Assembly: GCA_965140585.1 (NCBI GenBank)
Contig: OZ223265.1
Coordinates: 256,001 to 320,000 of the forward strand
Direction of reading: 5' to 3'
Source: Spirochaetia bacterium
GTDB lineage: Bacteria > Spirochaetota > Spirochaetia > UBA9216
Length of the DNA: 64,000 bases
Shown: in pieces, positions 51,825-61,103 of the stretch
How the letters are laid out: the number at the start of each line of letters is the position of its first letter
How positions within the stretch are numbered: position 1 is the first letter of the stretch
Notes under the pieces: model-generated
The model's database searches: none
Told to the model about the DNA's origin: nothing
The model's input: the letters and a program-made list of their open reading frames with translations, nothing else
Translations under genes and position numbers: made by a program

Positions 51825-53281
51825 ATCATCTTCCTTACATTTGAAAATACCCGTTTAAAACCTGCGAGAGCTTCATCAATTACCTCATCGGTATCCTCAG
51901 CATTCGTATACAGTCTGCTGCCTGCCAGTGTTATCAGTCCCTCCATGGTATAAGCGGCTCCGAAAAGCTCCATAGATGCCTTTCGGTCATGGGCATTCTT
52001 TATAGTATTTTTAATAGTCCAGAATTTTTTGATGTTTATATCAAGAAGCATGGCTGCACTGGTTTCTAGATGGCAGATCGCACCCTGGTTGAAGGCAACA
52101 AAGGGAAGCGCCAGCTCACTGATTATTTTCTGCAATCCTGCAGTCAGTCTGTCTGCGGCAGCTCCCGCCTTCTCGCAGGCCTTCTGCTCTTCCATCTCGC
52201 AGAGGGTGAAATACCCTGCGGCGGAACTTAGAGGGTTGGCGGCCATTGTTCCGCCAATGAGAGCCTTCTTCTGTCCCGTCTGGATTCCGGCTGCCAGAAA
52301 TTTCATGTATTCGCGCTTTCCGCCAAGCCCTCCTGCCGAAGGATAACCGCCCGCCACAACCTTTCCGAACACTGTCAAATCGGGGCTTACACCAAAATAC
52401 CCCTGAGCTCCGGACATTCCTATCCTGAAGGCGGTAACTACTTCATCAAAAACAAGAAGTGCACCGTACTTATCACAAAGTCTTCTGACACCCTCATTAA
52501 AATCACGGTCCAGCGGTCTGGTTCCGCTCTCGGGACCCATCGGTTCAATCAGTACAGCAGCGGTTCCACCCCGAAGCTGATTGCGCTTGAGGACTCTTTC
52601 GAGACTGCCCAGATCATTGGGATAAAACTCCTGGGTATTTTTAAAGATGTATCTCGGAACACCGTGGGCTTCGAAGTGCATGCTTCCCGGCAGACGTATT
52701 CCGTAGGCAAGTTGATCGCTCCAGCCGTGATAGGCTCCGCCCATTTTCACAATATTCTTTTTGCCGGTCGCAAGCCTTGCGACTCTTATTGCCGCCATAC
52801 ATGATTCAGTTCCGCTTCCAAGCATTCGAAACATTTCTACCGACGGAAAAAGCTGTGCAATCTTGTCGGCAAGCAGAAACTCGTATTCATGAAAGAGGCC
52901 GGTTGAAGGACCGCAGTCATTAAGCAGGCTGATAACCTTCTCACGCACTGATGGCATATTGCTTCCGAGGACTGTCGGTCCGCCGGCCTGCAGAAAATCG
53001 ATGTATTTATTTCCGTCGGTATCATAGAGGTAGGCGCCTTCGGCCTTTGTTATTACCAGCGGAAAGGGATGGTTGAATGCAAGGTTATGCTGAACTCCTC
53101 CGGGTATCCGCTGCTTTGCAGTCTCAATCATAGCCTTTGACCCGGAACATTTTTCTTCGAAATAGGAATCGATCTTTTTTGAGTATTCATCAGTGAATGC
53201 CGGCACCGGAAGCTTTACAAGCCTCTGCAGATCAGAAGTTACGGTTGCTGTATCAGGATATTCTGAAATAGAGAATGACAT
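51821..53281 (-). CDS. Class III PLP aminotransferase (HemL-like fold, not canonical HemL)
   Basis: SGTESCM, AYHGWSD, FDEVVTAFR, FGKVVAGG; GGVQHNL instead of GGVNSPVR. Confidence 0.88.
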   Translation of the reverse strand: MSFSISEYPDTATVTSDLQRLVKLPVPAFTDEYSKKIDSYFEEKCSGSKAMIETAKQRIPGGVQHNLAFNHPFPLVITKAEGAYLYDTDGNKYIDFLQAGGPTVLGSNMPSVREKVISLLNDCGPSTGLFHEYEFLLADKIAQLFPSVEMFRMLGSGTESCMAAIRVARLATGKKNIVKMGGAYHGWSDQLAYGIRLPGSMHFEAHGVPRYIFKNTQEFYPNDLGSLERVLKRNQLRGGTAAVLIEPMGPESGTRPLDRDFNEGVRRLCDKYGALLVFDEVVTAFRIGMSGAQGYFGVSPDLTVFGKVVAGGYPSAGGLGGKREYMKFLAAGIQTGQKKALIGGTMAANPLSSAAGYFTLCEMEEQKACEKAGAAADRLTAGLQKIISELALPFVAFNQGAICHLETSAAMLLDINIKKFWTIKNTIKNAHDRKASMELFGAAYTMEGLITLAGSRLYTNAEDTDEVIDEALAGFKRVFSNVRKMI

Positions 53282-53304
53282 AATGTCCCCCTGTAGATTT
53301 TAAA

Positions 53305-53328
53305 AAAAGTGAGCAGCCACTCACTTTT
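53305..53328. promoter_or_regulatory. Probable TetR operator of aminotransferase operon
   Basis: AAAAGTGAG-CAGCCA-CTCACTTTT perfect 9-bp inverted repeat 24 nt upstream of start. Confidence 0.7.
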
Positions 53329-53380
53329 CAAGTTTACCACGTCTCCACAGAAAGTCAATTATTCTTATGCTGTAACAGGG

Positions 53381-54022
53381 CTATTTAAGTGCATTTTTAA
53401 TGAAATTCATCATGCCGGCAACAACACGCTCATCATCATCGAAGATATTTTCATCAACATATATCTTCATGCGCTCCTTCCAGTACTCCGAAGCGTATGA
53501 AAACTGAAGAGCCATGAACAGGTTATCCATACAGAATGCAGACATGCCGGCATCACCACCCGGCTTCAGCTCACCGGATTCGACAGCCTCACTGATAAGC
53601 CTGCGGTAGTATTCGGCTGAAACCGATTCCATCTGGTATGAAAGTTTTGAGGCAAGCTCACTGTTGCCCTCTGTGGTTATTTCTATATAAAGGTTAATAA
53701 GTTCGCTGTATCTCCGGGAATGGGAAAGAATTGTACGAATTACATTTTCAACTTTTTCAAATATTCCGCCGCCGCCCTCTTCCACAGCCTGAAGACTCTC
53801 AGAAAGCTGACGGACCGCATCCATACAGACTGTAAGAAAAAGATTCTCCTTAGTTGTGAAATACTTATAAAGAGCCCCGACACTTACACCGCATTTATCT
53901 GCGATGATATTAATATTAGCAGCCTGATATCCGAAAACTGAAAATTCGGCGGCTGCAGTGGTCAGAATCCGGTTTTTCTTTTCGTTGGATAGTTTCTCAA
54001 ATACTCTGGTATGGTAAATCAT
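53381..54022 (-). CDS. TetR/AcrR family regulator
   Basis: EFSVFGYQAANINIIADKCGVSVGALYKYFTTKENLF. Confidence 0.92.
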   Translation of the reverse strand: MIYHTRVFEKLSNEKKNRILTTAAAEFSVFGYQAANINIIADKCGVSVGALYKYFTTKENLFLTVCMDAVRQLSESLQAVEEGGGGIFEKVENVIRTILSHSRRYSELINLYIEITTEGNSELASKLSYQMESVSAEYYRRLISEAVESGELKPGGDAGMSAFCMDNLFMALQFSYASEYWKERMKIYVDENIFDDDERVVAGMMNFIKNALK

Positions 54023-54080
54023 CGGTATAACTGTATCATATTTGTTTTGAATGATGAATAAAATCGGTTATTATTGACTC

Positions 54081-55373
54081 ATGGAAAGAAAAAAAACAGC
54101 CTGGGAGGAAGCCGACAAAGACCAGAAACTAAGTTATTCAGGATTCATGATTCATGGAATTTTTCTTGCACTTGCGGTTACCTTCACTGAAATCAACACA
54201 GTTCTTCCGGCCATGGTAGTACAGGCCGGTGGTGCGGCAATCCATATAGGAATACTGTCTACTATAATGACCGGACTGCCACTGGTTTCCCAGCTGATGT
54301 TCTCACCGTTCCTGCAATCAAGGAAGAGAAAGAAACCATTTCTGCTGGGTGGAATATACGCCAGGATGATTTCATTCTATCTGATAGGATTTCTGCTTCT
54401 TAACTCGGGACTTTTCAATAAAGCACTGGTGCTGCTGCTTATCTATGCGGGGCTGATTGTCTTTACGCTCAGCGGGGCCTTTGCCGGCATCACCTATGTA
54501 ACCCTTATAGGTACAACAATTCCCGACAGCCTGCGGAAGCGCTTTTTTCTGAACAAGCAGGTATTCTGGAGTATAGGAGTATTTATCTCGGGGATTCTGA
54601 CCCGTTTTATAATCTCGGCTGAAAAGGGGCTTGAACGCTACGGCTTTCTTTTTCTGGCAGCGGCATCAATGCTTGCAGCAGGTTCCATAGGCTTCTGGCT
54701 GATCCGCGAGAAAAAGGATACAGGCGCCGCAAAAGAGGGAATACTTAAAGTTCTCGGCTCTATGCGGGAAATCCTCAAAACCGATCACACCTTCAGAAAC
54801 TACACAATTACTGCAAACCTGCTCTCCTCGGCTATCGTTATGATTCCCTTCTATATTCCGTCCTTCATGAAGGAGTACAAAATAAGCGGAGACTTCATTG
54901 GGGTTATAGTCCTGCTTCAGATAGGCGGAATGGTTATTTCCAACCTGATCTGGCCTTCGGCAGTGAGGAAGGCAGGATTCAAGGGGATGCTTAGAATTCA
55001 GTCTATTATGGGATTTGCCCTTCCTGTGGCCGCAGCCGTGATGACAGCAGTCGGGGCAGGACGGGTTACAATGTTTATTATCATACCTCTGCTCGGTGCC
55101 CTTGCCGGCGCACAGAAGATGTCGTCGGAAGCAGTTCTTGTTCAGATTAGCCCTGACGGAAAACGGGCACTGTATTCAGGAATTTACGGGGCGCTTAATC
55201 TGACGGCAGCGCTTTTCCCGCTGCTTCTAGCCCCGGCGTTAACCTTCTTCGGCTGGAAGGCTGTATTTCCAGCCGCGGCACTGCTGCCCCTTGCAGCGCT
55301 TCTGTCAATCAGAAAGATGATATGCCCCGTTGACCCGGAATGGCGGCAGACACATCCGGCCGGTGAGCTTTAA
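54081..55373 (+). CDS. MFS transporter
   Basis: About 12 hydrophobic segments in two halves; RKRKKP loop. Confidence 0.8.
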   Translation: MERKKTAWEEADKDQKLSYSGFMIHGIFLALAVTFTEINTVLPAMVVQAGGAAIHIGILSTIMTGLPLVSQLMFSPFLQSRKRKKPFLLGGIYARMISFYLIGFLLLNSGLFNKALVLLLIYAGLIVFTLSGAFAGITYVTLIGTTIPDSLRKRFFLNKQVFWSIGVFISGILTRFIISAEKGLERYGFLFLAAASMLAAGSIGFWLIREKKDTGAAKEGILKVLGSMREILKTDHTFRNYTITANLLSSAIVMIPFYIPSFMKEYKISGDFIGVIVLLQIGGMVISNLIWPSAVRKAGFKGMLRIQSIMGFALPVAAAVMTAVGAGRVTMFIIIPLLGALAGAQKMSSEAVLVQISPDGKRALYSGIYGALNLTAALFPLLLAPALTFFGWKAVFPAAALLPLAALLSIRKMICPVDPEWRQTHPAGEL

Positions 55374-55392
55374 TCCGGCCGAACCGTTTATC

Positions 55393-55551
55393 CTAATCCA
55401 GCGGGTCGAACATATCCTTAGAGGTATAGCAGAGCGGGCATACCCAGCTGTCGGGAAGATCATCAAATGCTGTTCCCGGAGGAATATTTCCCATCGGGTC
55501 TCCAACCTCGGGGTCATAGATATATCCGCAATTTACACATATATATTTCAT
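55393..55551 (-). CDS. Rubredoxin (52 aa, absent from ORF track)
   Basis: [52 protein letters not shown]; GGGAG RBS. Confidence 0.95.
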   Translation of the reverse strand: MKYICVNCGYIYDPEVGDPMGNIPPGTAFDDLPDSWVCPLCYTSKDMFDPLD

Positions 55552-55581
55552 CAAATAATCTCCCTGCCTCTTTCGGGCACA

Positions 55582-58029
55582 TTATACCGCAAAATACTTG
55601 GCCTGCGGATGGTGGGCAACAAGGGCTGAAGTACTCTGCTCCGGAACCATCTCGTAATTCTCAGTCAGGCTTATACCGATTCTTTCAGGTTTTATAAGTT
55701 CAAATACTATCTCATGGGCACTGAGGTCCGGACATGAGGGGTAGCCGAAGCCGTATCTTGAGCCCTGATACTGCTGGGTAACATAGCCGTGGATATTCTC
55801 AGGCTCATCAAGGGCAATTCCAAGCTCCTTCCTCATCTGCTTATGCCAGTATTCAGCAAGGGCATCAGTCACCTCTACACTGAAGGCATGAAGCATCAGG
55901 TAATCATGATATTCATTTGCCTCATAGAGTTCGGCTGTGCGCTTTGAAACCTCCGGTCCTATTGTTACAACAAAGAGGCCTGCGACATCGCCGCCTTCTT
56001 CCGCATTTTTGTAGTAATCCGAAAGGCAGAGAAAGGGAGCCTCCGACTGTCTTGGAAAATCAAAGTTGTATTCCTTTCCTGAATCCTTAAGCACCAGAAG
56101 GTTGTCTCTGCTTTCACAGTCAAACCAGCCCCAGGCGGCAGCCGGACGGACAAGCCTCCCTTCCACAAATTCCTTCCTGAAGGATTCATAGAGGGGTTCA
56201 ACCTTTGTCTTTATAAGTTCATCATATTCTGAGGCGCTCATCTTACCCCGGCGGTAGCCCCAGCGGCCGCGGAAAAGCGCCTGCTTGTTAACAAGAGTCA
56301 GGACCTCTTCAAGATCGATATCCTCTGTCACCCTGCCGCCCTTAAACGGAGGTTCGGGTACCGGGTTGTCGCGGACTATGGTCATATCCTTTCTGCCGGG
56401 TTTTACCGATACGGCATCAGGATTTGCTTCCCAGGTGGTGGCTTCAAGTGTTCCCGCTTCAAATTCCCGCACATGCTTCAGGCCGTCAAAGGCATCTGAA
56501 TTATAAACGACCGGGCCAGGATAAACCGGAACACAGCTCTCGGATACAAATTTCCTTGTAAGAGCCGCACCGCCGAGAAAGATTGGAATCTTGAGCCCGG
56601 CCTCAGCATACTGCTCCATACTGTCTTTCATTACCATCGCCGATTTTACAAGAAGGCCTGAAAGTCCGATTATATCTACATCAAACTCCTTAGCCTTTTC
56701 AATTATCGTCTCAGCCGGGACCTTGATTCCTATATTGTAAACTGTGTAGCCGTTGTTACTTAGAATAATCTCTACCAGGTTTTTCCCGATATCGTGAACA
56801 TCGCCCTGAACTGTCGCAAGCAAAATCTTTACAGCAGCTCCGTCATCCTTCTTCTCCATCAGAGGTTCAAGGTAGCTGACCGAAGCCTTCATAGTTTCTG
56901 CCGACTGCAGAACAAACGGCAGAAGTAGCTCGCCCTTTCCGAAAAGCTCTCCGACATGCCGCATTGCGGGTATCAGGATTTCATTGATGATTCCAATCGG
57001 TGAACGCCGCTGAAGAAGCATATCAAGAATGTCTTCGAGATCCTCCCTGCTTCCGTCGACAATATGATCGTAGAGCTGCTGTTCGGCAGGTTTCCAGGTC
57101 TGATCGTCGCTTTCGTCGCTGTCGCTTCTGTTTCCGAAGTGATCAATAAAGGTCAGAAGCGGAGACTTTGTCTCATCCTTTACCCTGTCATACAGAAGAT
57201 CCAGACAGATTTCCCGGTCCTCTTCGGAAATGGATGCAAGCGGGATGATCTTTGCCGCGTCGATAATGCAGGCATCAAGCCCGGCTTCAAGCGCCTCATG
57301 CAGAAATACAGCATTAAGAATCTTCCTTGATTTCGGAGAAAGCCCGAAGCTGATATTGCTAAGTCCGAGCACGGTGAGACAGCCGGGAAGCTGCTGCTTT
57401 ATCAGCTTCATTGCATCGAGAGTCTGAACCGCTGCATCCCGGAGGTTCTCATCGCCCGCACCTACCGTAAAAGTCAATGGATCAAAGAGGATATCCTGCG
57501 GACGCAGGCCATGCTCATCGACAGCAATGCTGTGGATCCGCTTCGCAACTTCCAGTTTTTTTTCCGCGGTCATTGCCATTCCATCCTCATCGATGGTAAG
57601 GGCAACAACGGCAGCTCCGTATTTCTTGACAAGCGGAAGCACGCGGTGAATGTTCTTTCCGCCGTCCTCAAGGTTTACTGAATTTATTATACTGCGTCCG
57701 GGATAAATCTTAAGCGAATGCTCAATCACCTCGGGCGTAGTTGAGTCAATCATGAGCGGGGTCTTCAGCGATGTCGAGAACATTGGAATAAGTGTACTCA
57801 TGTCGGCAAACTCATCACGCCCGGCATAGGCGGTACAGAGGTCAAGCACATGAGCCCCCGCACTCTGCTGCTCCTTGGCTATGGTCAGACATGAGTTCCA
57901 GTCATCGTCCAGAAGGCATTCGCGGAAACGTTTGGAACCGTTTGAATTGCAACGCTCGCCGATTATCAGAGGCTTTATCGGCTGAATGAGATCAACACTT
58001 TCATAAAGACTTGCTACAGAAGGTTTCAT
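55582..58029 (-). CDS. metH: B12-dependent methionine synthase, pterin-binding + cobalamin-binding + reactivation domains
   Basis: IIGERCNSNGS, LGLSNISFG, GDVHDIGKNLV, GLSGLL, RYGFGYPSCPD. Confidence 0.92.
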   Translation of the reverse strand: MKPSVASLYESVDLIQPIKPLIIGERCNSNGSKRFRECLLDDDWNSCLTIAKEQQSAGAHVLDLCTAYAGRDEFADMSTLIPMFSTSLKTPLMIDSTTPEVIEHSLKIYPGRSIINSVNLEDGGKNIHRVLPLVKKYGAAVVALTIDEDGMAMTAEKKLEVAKRIHSIAVDEHGLRPQDILFDPLTFTVGAGDENLRDAAVQTLDAMKLIKQQLPGCLTVLGLSNISFGLSPKSRKILNAVFLHEALEAGLDACIIDAAKIIPLASISEEDREICLDLLYDRVKDETKSPLLTFIDHFGNRSDSDESDDQTWKPAEQQLYDHIVDGSREDLEDILDMLLQRRSPIGIINEILIPAMRHVGELFGKGELLLPFVLQSAETMKASVSYLEPLMEKKDDGAAVKILLATVQGDVHDIGKNLVEIILSNNGYTVYNIGIKVPAETIIEKAKEFDVDIIGLSGLLVKSAMVMKDSMEQYAEAGLKIPIFLGGAALTRKFVSESCVPVYPGPVVYNSDAFDGLKHVREFEAGTLEATTWEANPDAVSVKPGRKDMTIVRDNPVPEPPFKGGRVTEDIDLEEVLTLVNKQALFRGRWGYRRGKMSASEYDELIKTKVEPLYESFRKEFVEGRLVRPAAAWGWFDCESRDNLLVLKDSGKEYNFDFPRQSEAPFLCLSDYYKNAEEGGDVAGLFVVTIGPEVSKRTAELYEANEYHDYLMLHAFSVEVTDALAEYWHKQMRKELGIALDEPENIHGYVTQQYQGSRYGFGYPSCPDLSAHEIVFELIKPERIGISLTENYEMVPEQSTSALVAHHPQAKYFAV

Positions 58030-58946
58030 GCCTCTACCTCTCTCTTTGCCGGATTCATACCGCTGACAGCCTGCTTAAGCGCAGCAATATGGGCAGGTGT
58101 TGATCCGCAGCATCCACCTACAACCGAAACACCCAGATCTTTTACAAAATGCCCGAGTTCTCCCGAATAATGTTCAGGACTCATCGGGTAGCAGGTCTTT
58201 CCGTCGACTATTTCAGGTATTCCCTGGTTGGGCAGACAGGAAATCCGGCCTCCCCAGTTATGGCTGAGCCATTTGATGCTTGAGACCATATCTTCCGGCC
58301 CGGTTGCACAGTTAAGTCCGAAGGCAAAGACAGGAAATGGCTCAATGATTGCCGCAGCTGCTGAAATATCGGTTCCTGCAAGCATTGTACCGGTTTTCTC
58401 TATCGTAACAGATACAACTACAGGAAGATCTTTCGATTTTTCCTTCATCACATCAAAGGTTGTTACAAGCAGTGTTTTCAGCTGAAGGATATCCTGTGCC
58501 GTTTCGAGCATAAACATATCCACTCCGGCATCAATAAGCGCCGCAATCTGCTCACGGTAGGAGGCTTCAAGTTCCTCCACGGTGATATGCCCCAATGTCG
58601 GCATCTTTGTACCCGGGCCTATGGAGCCGGCAATAATACCGCTGCCGTGTTCATCAACCGCAGCCCTTGCAGCCTTCACTGCCGCTGCATTTATCTCTTC
58701 CACTCGGCTTTCAAGTCCGTATTCGGCAAGGACTATCCTGTTCGCACCGAAGGTATTAGTCTCTATTATGTCCGCACCGGCTTCCAGAAACTCCAGATGC
58801 ATCCCGGTTATCTTTTCGGGCACCGTTAAGTTAAGATACTCGTTGCAGCCTTCGTTGCCGTCCCAGACTTCATCACCAAGTTCCATATTCTGTATGCTTG
58901 TGCCGCAAGCACCGTCAAAAATCAATATTTCTTTGTTAAAATTCAT
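58026..58946 (-). CDS. metH: Methionine synthase homocysteine-binding domain (separate ORF)
   Basis: FDGACGT, ETNTFG, GLNCATGP, GGCCGSTP; start ATG 58946; ATGA overlap with downstream half. Confidence 0.9.
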   Translation of the reverse strand: MNFNKEILIFDGACGTSIQNMELGDEVWDGNEGCNEYLNLTVPEKITGMHLEFLEAGADIIETNTFGANRIVLAEYGLESRVEEINAAAVKAARAAVDEHGSGIIAGSIGPGTKMPTLGHITVEELEASYREQIAALIDAGVDMFMLETAQDILQLKTLLVTTFDVMKEKSKDLPVVVSVTIEKTGTMLAGTDISAAAAIIEPFPVFAFGLNCATGPEDMVSSIKWLSHNWGGRISCLPNQGIPEIVDGKTCYPMSPEHYSGELGHFVKDLGVSVVGGCCGSTPAHIAALKQAVSGMNPAKREVEA

Positions 58947-59094
58947 GATAAAGAAAGTATAATAGATATTTGCGTTTGAGTCTAAACTTTGGGCATAGAT
59001 TTTATCCTTATATATATTTTTTTTCATATATAAGGATTGACTTTTTCAGACTGCCTAATTATTTTATTAATGTAATTTACAGGAGGATAATAAT

Positions 59095-59325
59095 ATGGCA
59101 GTAACAATGTACACTACACCGACTTGCACATACTGCAGACTGGCAAAGGACTACTTCAGGCAGCATAAGATTAACTTCACAGAATACAATGTAGCCGCTG
59201 ACACCCGCCGTGCAGAAGAAATGACCAGAAAATCAGGACAGATGGGAGTTCCGGTTCTCGATATAAACGGAAGAATCCTTGTCGGATTCAACAAGGACCA
59301 GATCGAAAGAGCTCTGCATAGATAA
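59095..59325 (+). CDS. Glutaredoxin-like protein (NrdH/YruB type)
   Basis: YTTPTCTYC, GQMGVPV, VGF; AGGAGG RBS. Confidence 0.92.
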   Translation: MAVTMYTTPTCTYCRLAKDYFRQHKINFTEYNVAADTRRAEEMTRKSGQMGVPVLDINGRILVGFNKDQIERALHR

Positions 59326-59766
59326 TCAGTATTTCTCAGGGTCTTCGACAACAAAAATCTTTTCATACCTCCCCGAATGCGCGGGAGGTTCCCTTTCCGG
59401 AAGATAAACACAGGAATAATGATAAATTAAATCAAGCATGTCATTCATGGTTTCTATGATAGTGTATCTGTAATAGCAGGTCTTGTTCAGAAGAACCTCC
59501 CTGCGTGCTGGGTCAGGAACAGCATCCGGCTCGGTTGAGCGTCTTATCTCGGCTCTCAGACCTCCATACCAGACTCTTTCCATGTAAAAACGCTGAAGCT
59601 CACTGTTGTCAAGTTCGTAGAAAAGTTCGAAGATCCCCGGTCTGGCCGGAACCTTTGAGGTGATAACGTAGGGATTCACTTTTTCATAATCAGACCACCT
59701 TACCGCGTATTTAACGTTCGGCGGGATAATTTTCTTTGTGGTTACGTTATCGGTATTATAATTCAT
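59326..59766 (-). CDS. Hypothetical protein
   Basis: 146-aa ORF translationally coupled (ATGA) to the patatin gene. Confidence 0.7.
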   Translation of the reverse strand: MNYNTDNVTTKKIIPPNVKYAVRWSDYEKVNPYVITSKVPARPGIFELFYELDNSELQRFYMERVWYGGLRAEIRRSTEPDAVPDPARREVLLNKTCYYRYTIIETMNDMLDLIYHYSCVYLPEREPPAHSGRYEKIFVVEDPEKY

Positions 59767-61043
59767 TCAAGCAGTTTCCCCAGACTGTAATAACTTTCCG
59801 CATAAAGCCCGGAAGGTTCAGCCGGTCTGTAAGGATTATATCCCGAATTAAGTCTCAGGTACACTGCAAATTCAAACTGCTTAATCTGGAAAATACTTCC
59901 GATGTATCTTGAAATAATCCTGTCAAACAGGGATACCTGCGAATAGAACGGACTGTTATCTATGCCGGCAAGTTCCGCACTGTATTCAATAAGAGCGGCG
60001 GACGGTGTCTTCAGGTCCTCTTCAAATGGAAGGTTCTCATAAAGCACAGAAAAAATCTTTTCATCATAGAAAACAGCAGGATCATCAATTGAGGTAAAAA
60101 GCATTCCAAGAAGTTCAGCCGCCTCGGCCTGTTTCTCATATGGAAGGCTTATAAACATATCCCTGAAAATATCTTCACAGTCGGCAAACAGGTAATTCCG
60201 CCCGCATATAGCACCCAGGGCCTTCAGGGTATCCAGATATCCAAGCTTCATTGCCTTCACGGCGTTTTCAGGCTCAAAGTCAAGAAACCCTCCGATATCT
60301 CCGCTAGGACTTATAACAACGGGATCAAAATCATAATCACTGTAGTTTGAATAATAATCAGCAAAATCACCGGGGGTTATCAGTTCAAGCACAACGATAA
60401 TGACATCTCTGTAGCCCCTGTCAGCTGCAAGCTTAACAGGTATATTGTTTGCAACCCCGCCGTCAATAAAAACCTTGCCGTTTATCGTCTTTCGCTGAAA
60501 CAGCGGAAAATTAGCGCTTGCAGCTATGTAATCGGCAAGCTGCCCCTCCGGAATATCTTCAATAAAGAGACTTTCCTCTTCCATATCTGTGAGATTATAA
60601 GTCAAAAGCCCGAAATCAATATCAGAATTTCTCACCTTCTGTTCATCAACAAACCTGGAAAGAGTTTCTGAAAGCGGTGAAGCATCAAGACCTTCCTCGT
60701 TATATGCAAGTCGGGATGCACGCATCAGCTGTCTCAGATTAAATTCCCCCTCAAGAACGTCCTCCTGTGAAGTACTGAGATCTATGACATCTGATTTCTT
60801 AAGCTTAAGCCACATATTATAGGCCAGTTTATAATCATGCATGGCTACTGCAGCAGAGTTTATCGTTCCGACGGAACATCCATAGGCAGCACTTATATCA
60901 ACATCCAGGTCGGTAAGAGCCTTCCATACACCAATCTGATAGGCTCCCATAGCTCCCCCGCCTGAAAGAACGAGAGCTGTGTCTGAAAATGCCGGGAAAT
61001 TGCCTGCAAGCAGAATCACTATTAAAAAGTATAACTTTCGCAC
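59763..61043 (-). CDS. Secreted patatin-like phospholipase
   Basis: LSGGGAMG, GCSVG, DGG; start moved to GTG 61043 giving a signal peptide and removing overlap with the divergent gene. Confidence 0.88.
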   Translation of the reverse strand: MRKLYFLIVILLAGNFPAFSDTALVLSGGGAMGAYQIGVWKALTDLDVDISAAYGCSVGTINSAAVAMHDYKLAYNMWLKLKKSDVIDLSTSQEDVLEGEFNLRQLMRASRLAYNEEGLDASPLSETLSRFVDEQKVRNSDIDFGLLTYNLTDMEEESLFIEDIPEGQLADYIAASANFPLFQRKTINGKVFIDGGVANNIPVKLAADRGYRDVIIVVLELITPGDFADYYSNYSDYDFDPVVISPSGDIGGFLDFEPENAVKAMKLGYLDTLKALGAICGRNYLFADCEDIFRDMFISLPYEKQAEAAELLGMLFTSIDDPAVFYDEKIFSVLYENLPFEEDLKTPSAALIEYSAELAGIDNSPFYSQVSLFDRIISRYIGSIFQIKQFEFAVYLRLNSGYNPYRPAEPSGLYAESYYSLGKLLE

Positions 61044-61103
61044 AGAAGTAAAATACAACAATTTAGACTTAATATCAATTTCAACCTCTGATATACTTAA
61101 GCC

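Noticed and set aside
51821-53281. hemL annotation
   Set aside because: Lacks GGVNSPVR, has a long N-terminal extension and a sugar-catabolic context
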